From: Malacoraja senta
Lineage: Eukaryota
Reading direction: 5' to 3'
Assembly (NCBI GenBank): GCA_038087875.1
Contig: CM075988.1
Location: forward strand, 1,922,001-1,986,000
Length of the DNA: 64,000 nt
Shown: one piece after another, positions 1 through 13,719 of the stretch
Layout: each line of letters starts with the position of its first letter
Numbering within the stretch: position 1 is the stretch's first letter
Notes under the pieces: model-generated
The model's input: only the letters and a program-made list of their open reading frames with translations
Told to the model about the DNA's origin: nothing
Database searches by the model: none
Made by a program: the position numbers and the translations under genes

Positions 1-147
1 AATATTCTAAATGCAGTCTCAGCAACGTTTTATACAACTGCAACATGACTTCCCAACTTCTATACTCAACCTTATTCACGGTAGTTTGTTTGTTTTTTAA
101 AACTACACAAAACATGCTGACTTCTATGTCTTTGTATCCGACGACAT

Positions 148-358
148 TGCCACAGACGACTGTGGAGGCCAAGTCAATGGATATTTTTAAGGTGGAGATT
201 GACAGATTCTTAATTAGTGAGGGGTCAGGGGTTATGGGGTGAAGGCAGGAGAATGGGGTTGAGCGGGAAAGATAGGTCAGCCATGATTGAATGAACGGAG
301 TAGACTTGATGGGCCGAATGGCTTAATTCTGCTCCTATCAGTTATAACCTTATGACCT
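148..358 (+). mobile_element. CR1 (HER1-like) LINE 3' fragment
   Basis: Encodes the CR1 C-terminus (LPQTTVEAKSMDIFKVEIDRFL), followed by the CR1 3' UTR motif gggccgaatggcttaattctgctcct. Confidence 0.8.
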
Positions 359-2829
359 GTCAACATGCATGTTCCAGTTGCTGAACTTCAGTGGATTTAC
401 AGCACTTGCTGGAACAGTTTGGAGTTGCACTAAATATTCACAGGATCTAACTAAAACTAAGCACCGAAGCTCAGGTAAACACGTGTCCAAATGAGGCTGT
501 TGGAAACCAATGGAACAAATCCTCCCCGGGCTACACAGTGTAAGGACCTGCTGAGGATAGCAGGGGAGGCTGAGTGAGCAAACCCAACCTGAGCTCCTTT
601 ACCCTGTCCCATACAAAAGTCCCGGGAAGACTGCTCCAATGAAGATATCAGACAGGGTCATCTCAAGCTAGTCAGGGACTTGAAGGAACTATCCACGTCT
701 GGATACATGACAAGAGAGACAGAGAGGACACACAAGGAACTGCAACTGCTGGAATCTTGAACAAAACCACACATATTGCTGGAATAATTCAGCGGGTCAG
801 GCAGCATCTGTGGAAAGAATGGAAAAGCAACGTTTCGAGTTGGGACTCTTCTGGTGCAGAGAATGGGCTGGAGTCGTCTTACAGCTTCCAGCCAACACTA
901 ACAAACTAAACGGTGCAAGTTAGCAGTTGGCTGGTTCAGTTAATGAGAAGATGTGGTCTGTGTTTTTGTTACAAGGGGTTGTAAAATCTTATAAAAGAAC
1001 TGTTATATTGAGATATTTAGCTTTGTGTATGAAAACCAGCCTCCTCATTGACGGCAGCCGAGCTGACAAAGGGGTCTCCTTCCTCCCCCGTCCTTACTGT
1101 CCCATCAGGGACTCTGGCACCTGGAACAGATCTCCTGGTTGCTCAATGCACATCAGGGGCACCTCTGCCACTGTGGAGAGTTGGTAGGGAAAGATTAAAA
1201 AAAACTTTAAACCAGACCCAATGTAACAGATCTATTCTCCATGTATAAATCTTATTTGCGTGTTTCCAAGTGCTCTAATGTTCCTGATATTGATACATAA
1301 TAGGTACTTTGTTTGGATGGAAGCAATTAATGGTAATTGTCCATTTAAAGAGTCAAAGACCCTCGTCTCATGGATTTAAGAGTGTCAGTCACCATGAACT
1401 GAGAGGTGGGACACCAGGAATCATAAGCTGACTGAAGCAATGAATGTTTTCTGGCATGGCCACTCCGCACTAGGAGACCTGTAGCCATGATGCACTGTAG
1501 CCAACGGCTCTGGACTTAGATCACAAAACTCTAGGGTGGGGCCTCTTAACTGTAGGTTTAATTGCTCAATAACTATCAACACTACCATGCTTTTCCACCA
1601 AAGCTGGTGATGAAACAGGATTAATGATGTCCCATCCATCTGCACTCACATGTTGAGTCACGTTGGTGCCTGCGGCCATCTTCCTCGACATTGTGTAATG
1701 CTGCTGCTTTGTGATTGAAGTTCAAGTTCTTCAATAAAGTCCTTTGGAAGCATTTACACCAGACCTTGTAATTTTGCTCCAACTGAGTGTAGAGTGGTGG
1801 CTCTAGGTGATAGACCCTCATTGGAGACCCTTGACTATCTTTGATCGGACGTTACTGGACATTATTCACGATATTCTCTTTATGAGGTATAAATGATAGA
1901 TGGCTCGATTGTAGTCCCGTATTGCCTTTTCGCTGATTGGTTAGCACGCCACAAAAGCTTTTAACTGTACCTCGGTACACGTGACAATAAACTAAACTCA
2001 AAACTCAACTGAGGCACCAGGCCCAGAGTCTGGGCTGTACCAACACTGTTGTATGACCTGGGAATGGAGTGAAACATGATATCAAACTTATACAGAAGGG
2101 CCCTGTGACTGGAGCTCCCCAGGTACGATTGAGAAGCCGGTCTCTCACTCTCATAAACTGCCTTGTGGGTGTCGAGCAGGTCCTGGTACCCAGGGGAAGG
2201 GACAGTGGGGCCGGTGATAATATGTGTTGAGGAGAGACAAGAGGATGAACGTTGGACAAGAGATGGACTTTGGTGTCAACTTCACCACCGAAGGAGAGCG
2301 TCTATGCTCCAACTGCATCTACCAATGTTCCCCTCATATCTTATAACGACATTGGTCTACAAAAATCATTTATCTCTGATTGAAAATGAACAGCTAATCC
2401 AGCATCAATTACCACCTGTACATTGGAACGCCATGCTTCCACTACTTTCACATTGTGAAAGTTTCCTTTCTTCACTCCTGAGATGATGTAGCCCAACCCT
2501 TGTTATTCCTACAACTAAAGAAGTATTTTCTAACCCCATCAAATATCTTGAAAATGACAATACATCTGCAGCATAAATGACCGGCAATCTGACCTGAGCA
2601 TTTTCACCTAGACCACGGTGTTATTCCAAGGCCAATCCATCCTTACAATGGTGTGGTGATCACAGTGTGATCTGGCCAAGAGTCATAGTGTCATACAGTA
2701 TGGAAACAGGTCCTTCGGCCCAACATGCCCACGTTTGGCCCATATCCCTCTAAACCTTTCTTATCCATGTACCTGTTCAGATGTCTCTTAAATGTTAGAG
2801 TCATAGAGTCATACAGTGCAAAAACTGGT

Positions 2830-3725
2830 CCTTCATTCTCGTACTCCCCAACCACCCCCGCCCTCTCCCCGCCAGTTCCCCTTTCTTGTTGTCAGCACCA
2901 ACCCCCGCCCTGCCCCCTCCGCCAAGTCCCCCTTCATTCTCAGCAGCCCTTAGTGTGGTCAAAGCTTCGTGCCTGGGAGAGAACACCTGTCCCTATACCT
3001 CCTTCGTCCACTCCATCCAAGGACCCCGACAGTCTTTTCAGGTGTGGCAGAGGTTCACTTGCACCGCCTCCAACCTCATCTACTGTATCCACTGTTCCAG
3101 GTGCGGACTCCTGTAAATTGGCGAAACCGAGCGCAGTCTCGACGATCGTTTCGCTGAACACCTCCGCTCAGTTCGCCTAAACCTACCTGATCTCCCGGTT
3201 GCTCAATACTTTAACTCCCCCTCCCATTCCCACACTGACCCTTCTGTCCTGGGCCTTTTCCATTGTCAGAGTGAGGCCCAGCGTAATTTGGAGGAACAGC
3301 ACCTCATATTTCGCTTGGGCAGCTTATACCCCAGCGATATGAACATTGACTTCTCCAACTTCAAGTAGCCTTTCCTTTCCCTCTCTCTACATCCCCCCTC
3401 CCCCTTCCCAGTTCTCCGACCAGTCTTACTGTCTCCGGCTACATTTTATATTTGCTATGTTGTTACCTTCTTCCAACTAACAATGATCTATTCTACATTT
3501 TCCTTGATCTCCATTCTTTTGGTCCTGTTTTCACACCTTACCCTTCCTTATCTATACACTTCCTTATCTATGTACCGCACACTCCCATAACAGCAGTCAA
3601 GAAGGGACTCGACCAGAAATGTCACCCATTCCTACTCTCCAGAGATGCTGCGTGTCTCGCTGAGTTACTCCAGCATTTTGTCTATCTTCGATTTAAACCA
3701 GCATTTGCAGTTCTTTCCTACACAG
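2830..3725 (+). mobile_element. Penelope-like element (Neptune-type) 3' part: GIY-YIG endonuclease remnant plus pseudo-LTR
   Basis: Reads FTCTASNLIYCIHCSRCGLL*IGETERSLDDRFAEH...LEEQHLIFRLGSLYPSDMNIDFSNFK* (GIY-YIG with CxxC). A pyrimidine-rich UTR follows, then the terminal repeat ending ccagcatttgcagttctttcctacaca. Confidence 0.85.
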
Positions 3726-3728
3726 TTT

Positions 3729-4125
3729 GAAAATTGATTTCTCTAACTTCAAGTAACTCTTGCATCCCCTCTCTCTCCACCCCTCCCCCACCCTAATCGT
3801 TGTACTAGTTTAGTTTCACTGTTGTCCTATTGGGTTTCACTGTCTGTACAACTCGTTATCACCTAGCCCATAGCCAACAATGAACCACTGTGCGTTCATT
3901 TTTTGCAAATGAACCATCAGTTGATTCATTGATTTGTTCCATATTTCTCTTTATCACCATCTATAATCTCGTTTCCCTTTCCACTGACTCTCAGTCTAAA
4001 GAAGGGTCCGACCCGTAACTTCACCTAATCCTTTTCTCCAGAGATGATGCCTGATCCGCTGGGTTACTCCAGCATTTTGTGTCTATCTTTGGTGTAAACC
4101 AGCATCTGCAGTTCCTTTCTACATA
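3729..4125 (+). mobile_element. Second tandem Penelope-like pseudo-LTR
   Basis: Restarts at attgatttctctaacttcaagtaa (ORF end IDFSNFK*) and ends with the same terminal repeat. Confidence 0.7.
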
Positions 4126-4451
4126 CGCTTTTCCCTCCTGTTCTTGGTTCCCCACCCCTTTACTTTCAACCTGTGACCATCACCACCACCCCCCCCCCCC
4201 CCACCAATGGAAAAGGCTTCCCACTCTCACACCATCCAGACCCCTCACCGTTTGAAACGTTCCTATCAGATCTCCCCTGCGTCTTCTCTAAAGAGAGTCC
4301 CGGTCTCGCAATCCTGTAGTTGTCCCAGGAAACATCTTCTTGGAGACTCAACAAACTGCAGATGCTGGAATCTTGATCAAAACACATGGTGCTGGTGTAA
4401 CTCAGCGGGTCAGGCAGCATCTGGAAATGGACTAACAATGATAGCTGGTTA

Positions 4452-5598
4452 GACAATAGACAATAGACAATAGGTGCAGGAGTAGGCCATTTGGCCCTTC
4501 GAACCAGCACCACCATTCAATGTGATCATGGCTGATCATCCCCAATCAGTACCCCGTTCCTGCCTTCTCCCATATCCCCTGACTCCGCTATTTTTAAGAG
4601 CCCTATCTAGCTCTCTCTTGAAAGCATCCAGAGAACCTGCCTCCACCGCCCTCTGAGGCAGAGAATTCCACAGACTCATCACTCTCTGTGAGAAAAAGTG
4701 TTTCCTTGTCTCCGTTCTAAATGGCTTACTCCTTATTCTTAAACTGTGGCCCCTGGTTCTGGACTCCCCCAACATCGGGAACATGTTTCCTGCCTCTAGC
4801 ATGTCCAAGCCCTTAACAATCTTATATGTTTCAATTAGATTCCCTCTCATCCTTCTAAACTCCAGAGTGTACAAGCTCCATTCTCTCACATATGACAGTC
4901 CCGCCATCCCGGGAATTAACCTTGTAAACCTACGCTGCACTCCCTCAATAGCAAGAATGTCCTTCCTCAAATTAGGAGACCAAAACTGCACACAATACTC
5001 CAGGTGTGTTCTCACGAGGGTTCTGTACAACTGCAGAAGGACCTCTTTGCTCCTATATTCGATTCCTCTTGTTATAAAGGCCAACATGCCATTCGCTTTC
5101 TTCACTGCCTGCTGTACCTGCATGCTTACTTTCATAGACTGATGTACAAGGACCCCCAGATCCCGTTGTACTTCCCCTTTTCCCAACTTGACACCATTTA
5201 GATAGTAATCTGCCTTCCTGTTTTTCCTACCAAAGTGGATAACCTCACATTTATCCGCATTAAACTTCATCTGCCATGCATCTGCCCACTCCCCCAACCT
5301 GTCCAAGTCACCCTGTATTCTCATAGCATCCTCCTCACAGTTCACACTGCCACCCAGCTTTGTGTCATCTGCAAATTTGCTAATGTTACTTTGAATCCCT
5401 TCATCCAAATATATTATAAATAGCTGCGGTCCCAACACGGAGCCTTGCGGTACCCCACTAGTCACTGCCTGCCATTCTGAAAGGGACCCGTTAATTCCTA
5501 CTCTTGGTTTCCTGTCTGCCGACCACTTCTCTATCCATGTCAGCACTCTACCCCCAATACCATGTGCCCTAATTTTGCCCACGAATCTCCTATGTGGG
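4452..5598 (-). mobile_element. CR1/HER1 LINE, 5'-truncated (RT C-terminal half, 3' UTR, tail)
   Basis: ORF 4536-5786 contains SGVPQGSVLGPQLF and SKFADDTKL. The tail is (TCTATTG)n at 4452-4472. The ORF N-terminus beyond ~5598 is unrelated read-through. Confidence 0.92.
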
Positions 5599-6456
5599 AG
5601 TGGTTGGAGTAAGTACCTGAGTTTACAGGTGAAAAGGAGACAAAGGGTGTTAGAAAAGGAGAGCGTTTCCCCCCTCCTCCAATCAGTATAAAGAAGGGTT
5701 CTGATCTGAACCATTCCTTTCACAGATGCTGCCTGACTTACTGAATTTCTCACAAATTTTTCCTTGACCCCCTCCAACGGTTTCATATTTTTCCTCTAAG
5801 GAGGTGACCAGAATTGGGACAGTGTGTAATAACCTCCCTGACTTTACACTGTGGGCCTTTAATAATAAACCACAGAATTAACCGCTTTCCAAACCTGGCT
5901 TGCCTCTCCCAAAGGGAAATATCACCATCCTACATGAGGTGAGATTCTGTACATCCTTCGACCACTGCAACACAAGGCCACGTCCTCTGCCTGCAGCGGC
6001 CATCCCGTGGATGAACGGCCGGAGGAGAGGCTCAGGAGGGGTGGACGGAGAGGGGTGGGGTGTGTCTGGGCATGCTGGAGGGGGCATCACGGGGTGAGTG
6101 TCCATGGCAAGTGAGCAGGGTCATGGCGCTCGGCACAGGGGGAGGCCGAGTGCGGCCGCTGTCATGGGGATGTTAGCGGTACTGATGGAGACAGAGCCTG
6201 GTCGTTGGTTATCTCCTCCAGTACCTGCCATGCCCACACCACATGCCCATGCACGAGAGGCTGCCCCTTACATGCTGCCATAGGGTGGCACATACAAACA
6301 TAGAAAATATGTGCAGGAGTAGGCCATTCGGCACTTCAAGCCAGCACCACCATTCAATATGATCATGGCTGATCATCCAAAATCAGTACCCCGTTCCGGC
6401 ATTTTCCCCATGTCCCTTGATTCCCTTAGCCCTAAGAGCTAAATCTAGCTAAATCT

Positions 6457-6655
6457 CGCAGCGGTAGAATTGCTACCTAACAGCGCCAGAGACCTGGGTT
6501 CGATCCTAACGACGGGTGTTGTCTGTACGGAGTTTGTACATTCTCCCTGTGACCGCGCGGGTTTTCCTCGGGTGCTCCAGTTTCCTCCCACACTCCAAAG
6601 ACCTACGGGTTTGTAGGTTAATTGGCTTTGGTAAGATTGTAAATTATCCCTAATA
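6457..6655 (+). mobile_element. tRNA-derived V-SINE (HE1-like)
   Basis: tRNA-like head with B-box gggttcgatcc and V-SINE core gtttgtacattctccctgtgacc...tttcctcccacactccaaagac. Confidence 0.85.
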
Positions 6656-6671
6656 ATTGTAAATCGCCCCA

Positions 6672-6895
6672 TACACTAGCACTATCCTATCCACTAGGGA
6701 CAATGTCCAGAAGCCAATTAACGTATAAACCTGTACATCTTTGGAGTGTGGGAGGAAACCGGAGCACCCGGAGAAAACACCCAATTACGGGGTGAACGTA
6801 CAAACTCCATACAGACAGCACCCGTAGTCAGGATCGAACCCGGGTCTCTGGTGCAGTAAGGCAGCAACTCTACCGCTGCACCACTGTGCTGCCCA
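6672..6895 (-). mobile_element. tRNA-derived V-SINE (HE1-like), inverted relative to the neighbouring copy
   Basis: Reverse complement of the same head and core (ggatcgaacccggg...aactctaccgctgc). Confidence 0.85.
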
Positions 6896-8091
6896 TGTTG
6901 CTGTGTCGGATGCATTGTGACTCTGATGGCACAGAGTTTGTGCAGTGATTTGGACAGAGCAAGGGTGAGCAGTGAACACATCTGCCAACCAGTGTCCACT
7001 CTCACTGACCCACCACTGCCCTGTATCCTGGTCACCCACCATGTCCACAAGAGCTCTGGGTAACTCGAGACACAGAGCCACCTCGTAAACCACACCTTGC
7101 TCCTGTCCCAAGGCTTTCAATACTTGTCCTGTATAAAATGTATCCCTTTGACCCAACATAGATCATTAAGAGTATAGCACAGAAACGGGTTCTGCGGCCA
7201 CCATATCTATTTGTGCTGTCATCTACAGTGATCTATGAACTTGAACACCAAGATCCCTCTGCTCATTAATGCTGTTAAGGGTCTTGCCATTAAACATTAC
7301 ATTCAACTTCCCAAAGTCCAGCACCTCACACGCTGGGATTAAACTCCATCTGCCATTTCTCAGACCATTTCTGCAGCTGGTCTATATCCTGATGTATCTT
7401 GTGGCAGCCTTCCTCACTGCCTGCAACTCCTCCAATGTTGGTGTTGTTGGCAATCTTATTCACCAACCCATCTACATTTACGAACAGGTCATTTATATAT
7501 ATATATCACAAATAGCAGAGGTCCCAGCACAGATCCCTGCGGAACACCACTGGTCACAGAATAACTACCTTCCACCACAACCCTCTATCTTGTACGAATA
7601 ACTCTGAATCTATACGACCAAGTCATCATAAATCCCATACATCTTAATCTTCTGGATCAGCCTACCATGAGGGACCTTATCAAAAGCCTTACAAAAATCC
7701 ATCTCTGATGAGATATCGCCCTCTCTCATCAATCTCTGTGAACTAAAAAAAAACAATCAAATGACACAACCTGCCACATACATAGATGTTGATAGAGGCC
7801 ACATTTGGAGTGCTGTGTACAGTTCTGGTCACCCTGCTACAGGAAGGAGGTCATTAAATTGGAAAAGATGCAAAAAGGATTTACAACGATGTTCATACCG
7901 AAGATAGGTATACAAAGCTGGAGTAACTCAACGGGTCATGCAGCATCTCTGGGGAAAAGAAATAGGCGACGTTTTGGGTCGAAACCCTTCTTCAGACTGA
8001 GAGTCACGGGAGAGTGAACTGAGAAATATGAAAAAAAGTAAATGAACAAATAAATGAAATTTATGCAAAAAGACAGATCAAAGCCTGTAAC

Positions 8092-8540
8092 GATGTATCT
8101 GGACTTTCAAAAAGCCTTTGACAAGGTTCCACACAAGAGATTAGTGTGCAAAATTAGAGCACATGGTATTGGGGGTAGGGTATTGGACATGGATAGAGAA
8201 CTGGTTGGCAGACAGGAAACAAAGAGTAGGAATTAACGGGTCCTTTTCAGAATGACAGGCAGTGACTAGTGGGGTGCCGCAGGGCTCGGTGCTGGGATCC
8301 CAATTATTTCCAATATATATTAACGATTTATAGAAACATAGAAACATAGAAAATAGATGCAGGAGGAGGCCATTCGGCCCTTTGAGCCAGCACCGTCATT
8401 CATTGTGATCATGGCTGATCGTCCCCAATCAATAACCCGTGCCTGCCTTCTCCCCATATCCCTTGATTCTACTAGCCCCTAGAGCTCTATCTAACTCTCT
8501 CTTAAACCCATCCAGTGATTTGGCCTCCACTGCCCTCTGG
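8092..8540. mobile_element. CR1 RT fragment (+, 8092-8330) abutting a CR1 3' end (-, 8332-8540)
   Basis: YLDFQKAFDKVPH...SGVPQGSVLG on the plus strand, then a (CATAGAAA)n tail and CR1 3' UTR on the minus strand. Confidence 0.8.
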
Positions 8541-9169
8541 AAAGAATCATGTGTTTGACCTGTACCCTGAATCAGGCTTTTATGTGGGCCTCAGTCACCC
8601 TCCCAATTACTGTATGTACTAGGATGCACAAAGTGTTTCCCTGACTCACAGCACCTGCAGCCTTTTACACTCAGTGACACACACAATGGTTACTTGCAGA
8701 CCGTACATTTGTGAAATAATTCCTCAATGATCAACGTTTCCTTGTAATCTTTGATACTTGTTTTATTTCTGGAGACACCTTTAACTTCCTGTTAACCTTT
8801 AGAAAACCGTTCTCCCATTTGACTGATAAATGTGTACAATAATGTGACTTCTCCTATCTCAGGTTCAGTTTTATTAGCAGGTACACAAAAAAATGCTGGA
8901 GAAACTCAGCGGGTGCAGCAGCATCTATGGAGCGAAGGAAATAGGCAACGTTTCGGGCCGAAACCCTTCTTCTTTATTAGCATTAGCCTGGTTTACAACC
9001 TTTACTCCAGCTAGCTGTACCTTGCAATCTAACCATTCTAACCATTCCCACCAGCCCTGCCTGTCACCAGATTCTCTCGCTAGTCCCATCTCTACACTGG
9101 TTTTGCCAACACTGTGGGAAAGATGTGAAGGTGTTTGTGGGAGTTGACAAGAATTTTGCTGGGTTGGAG

Positions 9170-10990
9170 AAACAGAAACATAGAAACATAGAAATTAGGT
9201 GCAGGAGTAGGCCATTTGGCCCTTCGAGCCTGCACCGCCATTCAATATGATCATGGCTGATCATCCAACTCAGTATCCCGTACCTGCCTTCTCTCCATAC
9301 CCTCTGATCCCTTTAGCCACAAGGGCCACATCTAACTCCCTCTTAAATATATATATATATATATATTTTTTTCTTTTCTTTTTTTCTCTATTTTATTTTT
9401 TTATTTTAGAGAAAGAAAAGATTGAAAGAGAGAAGAAAGTGAAGGAAAAAGTGCAAGTGTAGAAAAGTGTAGAAAATGTAACAACAAAAAAGGACGAAGA
9501 CCCTATAATTAAAAACAAAAAGAAAAAGAGTTAAGAAATAGGCCCTAAGAAAAGAAAAGAGAAAGAGAAAAAAAAGAGAAACAAATGTTTTTTTTTTGAG
9601 CATCACGTAAATAGGACATACCAACTCTTCAACTATCATCCCCCCTTACCCGACCTCAATTTTTTATTTTTTTAAAGTACTTTTGCACCCTATGTTTGTA
9701 ATAATTCTATAAATGCAGACCACGTCAGGTGGAAGTGATCTGGTTTACCTGCTAGGAGGAGTCTTATCTCTTCAAGGTGTAATGTTTCAAACATATTTGA
9801 AATCCACATATTTATAGTTGGTATTGGAGCCTTCTTCCAAAATGTTAGAATTAGCTTTTTTCCAGTTATTAACCCATAGTCCATTAATTTCTTTTGAAAC
9901 ACATTTAGTTCTGGATCATCTTCCGTTATTCCGAAGATAATCCATTCTGCTTTGGGTATCAGTCTTGTTTTAAATAACTTTGTAAAGATTTCAAAAATTT
10001 CATTCCAAAATTTTTGAATTTTTGTACAGAAGACAAATGAGTGCGCTATAGTTGCTTCTTGGGATTGACATTTATCACAAATAGATGATACGTTTGGGAA
10101 AATTTTATGAATTTTAGTTTTCGAATAATATAATCTATGTAAAATTTTAAATTGTATTAAAGTGTGTCTTACATTAATCGAGCATTTATGCACTTTTAAT
10201 AAGTATTCATTCCAACTTTCCTTTGAAATTTTAATAGCTAACTCTTGTTCCCAGTCTCTTCTGATACCCTCCGTAGATGGTATTTGTGCATTTAAGATAA
10301 TATTGTACAAATATGATATTAAGTTTGCTGATTCCGCTTTTATCTGCATTGCCTCGTCCAGTACATCTGCTGGGTTATTATGATGATCTTTTGTATATTT
10401 TTTCAAATAGTCGCATATTTGAAAGTATTTAAAATATTGATTATTTCCGAGTTTATATTTTATTTGTAATTGTTGAAATGAAAGTAATTTTCCAGTTTCA
10501 TACAAGTCACCAAGCGTTTTAATTCCTAGTCTATCCCATTGTGTATAAGCTTTATCTATAATAGAAGGACTAAACGAAGGGTTATTGACTATAGGTAATA
10601 AAAGTGATAAGTTGCTCCCTCTTAAATATAGCCAATGAACTGGCCTCGACTACCCTCTGTGGCAGAGAGTTCCAGAGATTCACCACTCTCTGTGTGAAAA
10701 AAGTTCTTCTCATCTCGGTTTTAAAGGATTTCCCCCTTATCCTTAAGCTGTGACCCCTTGTCCTGGACTTCCCCAACATCGGGAGCAATCTTCCTGCATC
10801 TAGCCTGTCCAACCCCTTAAGAATTTTGTAAGTTTCTATAAGATCCCCTCTCAATCTCCTAAATTCTAGCGAGTACAAGCCAAGTCTATCCAGTCTTTCT
10901 TCATAAGACAGTCCTGACATCCCAGGAATCAGTCTGGTGAACCTTCTCTGCACTCCCTCTATGGCAATAATGTCCTTCCTCAGATTTGGA
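9170..10990 (-). mobile_element. CR1 LINE 3' fragment interrupted by an L1 insertion
   Basis: QRRFTRLIPGMSGLSYEERL... (10582-10953). The 3' UTR and (CATAGAAA)n tail continue at 9170-9351. Confidence 0.88.
9352..10614 (-). mobile_element. L1-clade LINE, 5'-truncated (ORF2 C-terminus with zinc knuckle)
   Basis: ORF 9690-10505 (QFKILHRLYYS...CDKC...AHSFVFC). Flanked by a 16-bp TSD CTCCCTCTTAAATATA at 9336-9351 and 10615-10630. Confidence 0.92.
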
Positions 10991-11959
10991 AGGAGAGTTA
11001 TAGTTATGAGGAGAGTGCAATAAAGAGGAGATTATGGGAGATTTATGGGAGATTTAACAGAGGCATACAAAATATTAATGGCCACTCATAGGTACCAGGA
11101 AAGAACTAATTTGTGGGCAGATAGATTAACCGTGAGATGGTAGAGATATAATTTAATTGGTGGAAGGGTGTGAGGAGATAGAGAGAACTGTGGGATGTGG
11201 ATCTACCATCAGGTTTAGGAGGCAGATTGATGGAGCTGAGATCAGCGAGGAATTGGGCCAAGAAATGGGAAGTAGCAGCATGGAGACGTCCACGTTTGGC
11301 TGCCGTGGATGTGATGGGGAATGGGCACCTTCTTGGCCTGAGGTCTCACAATGTAGGCCACGTGCACCTTGGCCTACATTGGCCTACATGGAAGGGAGAC
11401 ATTCCAAGTTTCAGGTCGGTGACTCTTTATCAGAATTGGAAAATGGATGAAACAAGTTATTTCAGGGCAGGAGCTGGTGCTCGTGATATGGGCCTGGTTT
11501 CTGGGAAAGATCTCGTCAGGTTCTGGCACACTTACAGACTATGGCCCAACAAAGTGCTCTTTGTTTCTTGGCCTCCCCAGGGCTGGGTGTTCCGTTTAGT
11601 TTCCCATTCTGTATTCACCATCGTAATCCTCAAGCCACATAAACATCGTTGTTATCTACAAACCAGTTAGTCACAGTTTAGCGATTGTTACAGCATGCCC
11701 CGTATTTAATTGACGGGCTGCCTTTAAGGAAGAACCTGAACATAACCAGCCACATTCCTGTTGAGCACAAGCAGATTTGATGGAATGTAATGAATCTTGT
11801 TTGTCCAGCATCCTAGAACTCGCCAGCTAATAGTTTTGCTGCGTTTGAGAGGCGCCCGAGAAGGCGCAAGATGCCCTGCCCTGGGGTGGAAGGCCTGACA
11901 TCCCAATACGCCCTGAAAACTATATCGCTGCTGGGTACACCAGGTGAGGACTAGAGGAC

Positions 11960-12406
11960 ATTAGCTACACGGAGAGCTTGGATACACTTGGACTGTTTCC
12001 TCATGAACGCCAGAGGTTGGGGGAGGGGGGGGGGGGGGGGGAACCTGATAGAAGTATATAACATTTTTGAGAGGCATAGACATGGTAAACAGTCAGGACC
12101 TTTTTCCCAGGATGGAAAAATAAAAGACTAGAGGGTATAGCTTTAAGGTGCAAGTTTAAAGGAGATGTGCAGAGAAAGTGTTTTACACAGAGAGTGGTGA
12201 GTGCTTGGAATTAGCTGGGAGGTGGAGGCAGATACAATAGGGGCATTCAAAAAACGTTGAGATAGGCACATGGATATGCAGGGAATGGAGGGATGTGGAT
12301 CATATGCAGGCAGAGTAGATTAGTTTGTGTTGGCATCATGTTTGGCACAGCCATTATAGATGGAAGGGCCTGTTGCTGTGCTGAGCTGTTCTGTGGTCTA
12401 TGTTCT
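11960..12406 (+). mobile_element. Old CR1 3' fragment
   Basis: Degenerate CR1 C-terminus (ttttacacagagagtggtgagtgcttggaa) and 3' end gaagggcctgttgctgtgctg...tctatgttcta. Confidence 0.75.
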
Positions 12407-12779
12407 AAGTGCTAAGAGAAAAGTTCTACCACCATAGCTGGGCAGAAGTGATATCAAGGAGTGTTAAAGTCAGGCGGACCTGCCCTCTGGACCTAGATCA
12501 CCCTCCTCCATGCAGCCTCTGCCCACCTGCAACCCCAAGATACATATGGAAAGGTGGAGATCCTCAGCAGGTGGGTGGTACCTGTGTCACCCACTGGAGC
12601 AGGTCTCTCTGCTGAAGGGCCGAGCCGGCCGCAGCTGGAGGAAGCCAGTCGGCTGACCAGGTGAGCTCGGCGATAGACACAAAATGCTGGATAACTCAGC
12701 GGGACAGACAGCATCTCTGGAGAGAAGGAATGGGTGACGTTTTGGGTCAAGACCCTTTTTCAGACAGGTGAGCTCGGCG

Positions 12780-13190
12780 TTGAGTCCGGAAGGCTGCACC
12801 ATGCCCAGGCAGTAGGTAATGTGCTGTTCCTCACACCTGTGCTGAGCCTTGCTCTGACAGTGCCGGGGACACAGGGTGATGGGTCAGAGTGGGGGTGGGA
12901 TGGGGAATTACAGCGGCGTCAACAGCATGCTCAGGGGCACTGCTGTGGGCTGACCACAGATACTCCACAGTCAGCGGGCTGCGTTTGGTTTCTCCTGGTT
13001 GTTAAGGTGACCACACAGGGTGCAGGACACGAGACCAGAGCACACGCACGCGGATCGTGCTTCACCTGGGTGGACAGTTGTGTCCCTGGATCGTGGGTGG
13101 GATGGAGGAAGAGGTGAAAGGACAAGTATCACATTGCCTGTGAATGTGGGGGAAAGTGTTCTGTCCACACAGGCTGAGTGTGTCAACAAG
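12780..13190 (-). mobile_element. Old Penelope-like GIY-YIG relic
   Basis: Diverged reverse-complement match to 3000-3340 (gtgctgttcctc...ctctgacagtg...ggtcagagtgggggtgggatggggaatta). Confidence 0.6.
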
Positions 13191-13719
13191 TTCTCTTTGG
13201 ATTTTGGATTTCTAATATTTTTATATTTTCCCTTCAAAACCCACCTGTTTAGAACTATAACGCTGCTTCTGAATCCAACATCACTGTAGATCCTCTATAA
13301 AAACTGCCTTAACCTAAAGCACAATAATCATTCAAACGCATACCTCTCATTCCTCTATAACATGTCATTCTTCTTGTAGCTCAACTCTAATCCTAAATAT
13401 ATCTACAGTCATCTGTACATTCAACCTGTTCTCCTTGCACTTGTTATCAAATCTCCACTCCCTGATGTAGTTGTGTCCCTCTGTTGATCGATCTCAATCA
13501 ATGCTAGACCCTACAATACCAATACCGTAGGGTCATCCCTACCCTTCCTAAATGCCCTTTGAAGTCAAGGCGCCGAGCACACAAACTATATAAAAGCCAA
13601 TCCCTGATGCTCCCATCAATGTTGATCTTGAGTTTTTTTAGTTTAATTTAGAGATGCAGCGTGGAAGCAGGTCCCTCGCCACACCGGGTCTGTGTCACCG
13701 ATGGTCCCCGCACACTGAC

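Noticed and set aside
4536..5786. 416-aa ORF as a host gene
   Set aside because: It is a CR1 RT fragment with chance read-through from flanking repeats.
6457..6530. tRNA genes at SINE heads
   Set aside because: They run into V-SINE cores and lack a complete cloverleaf.
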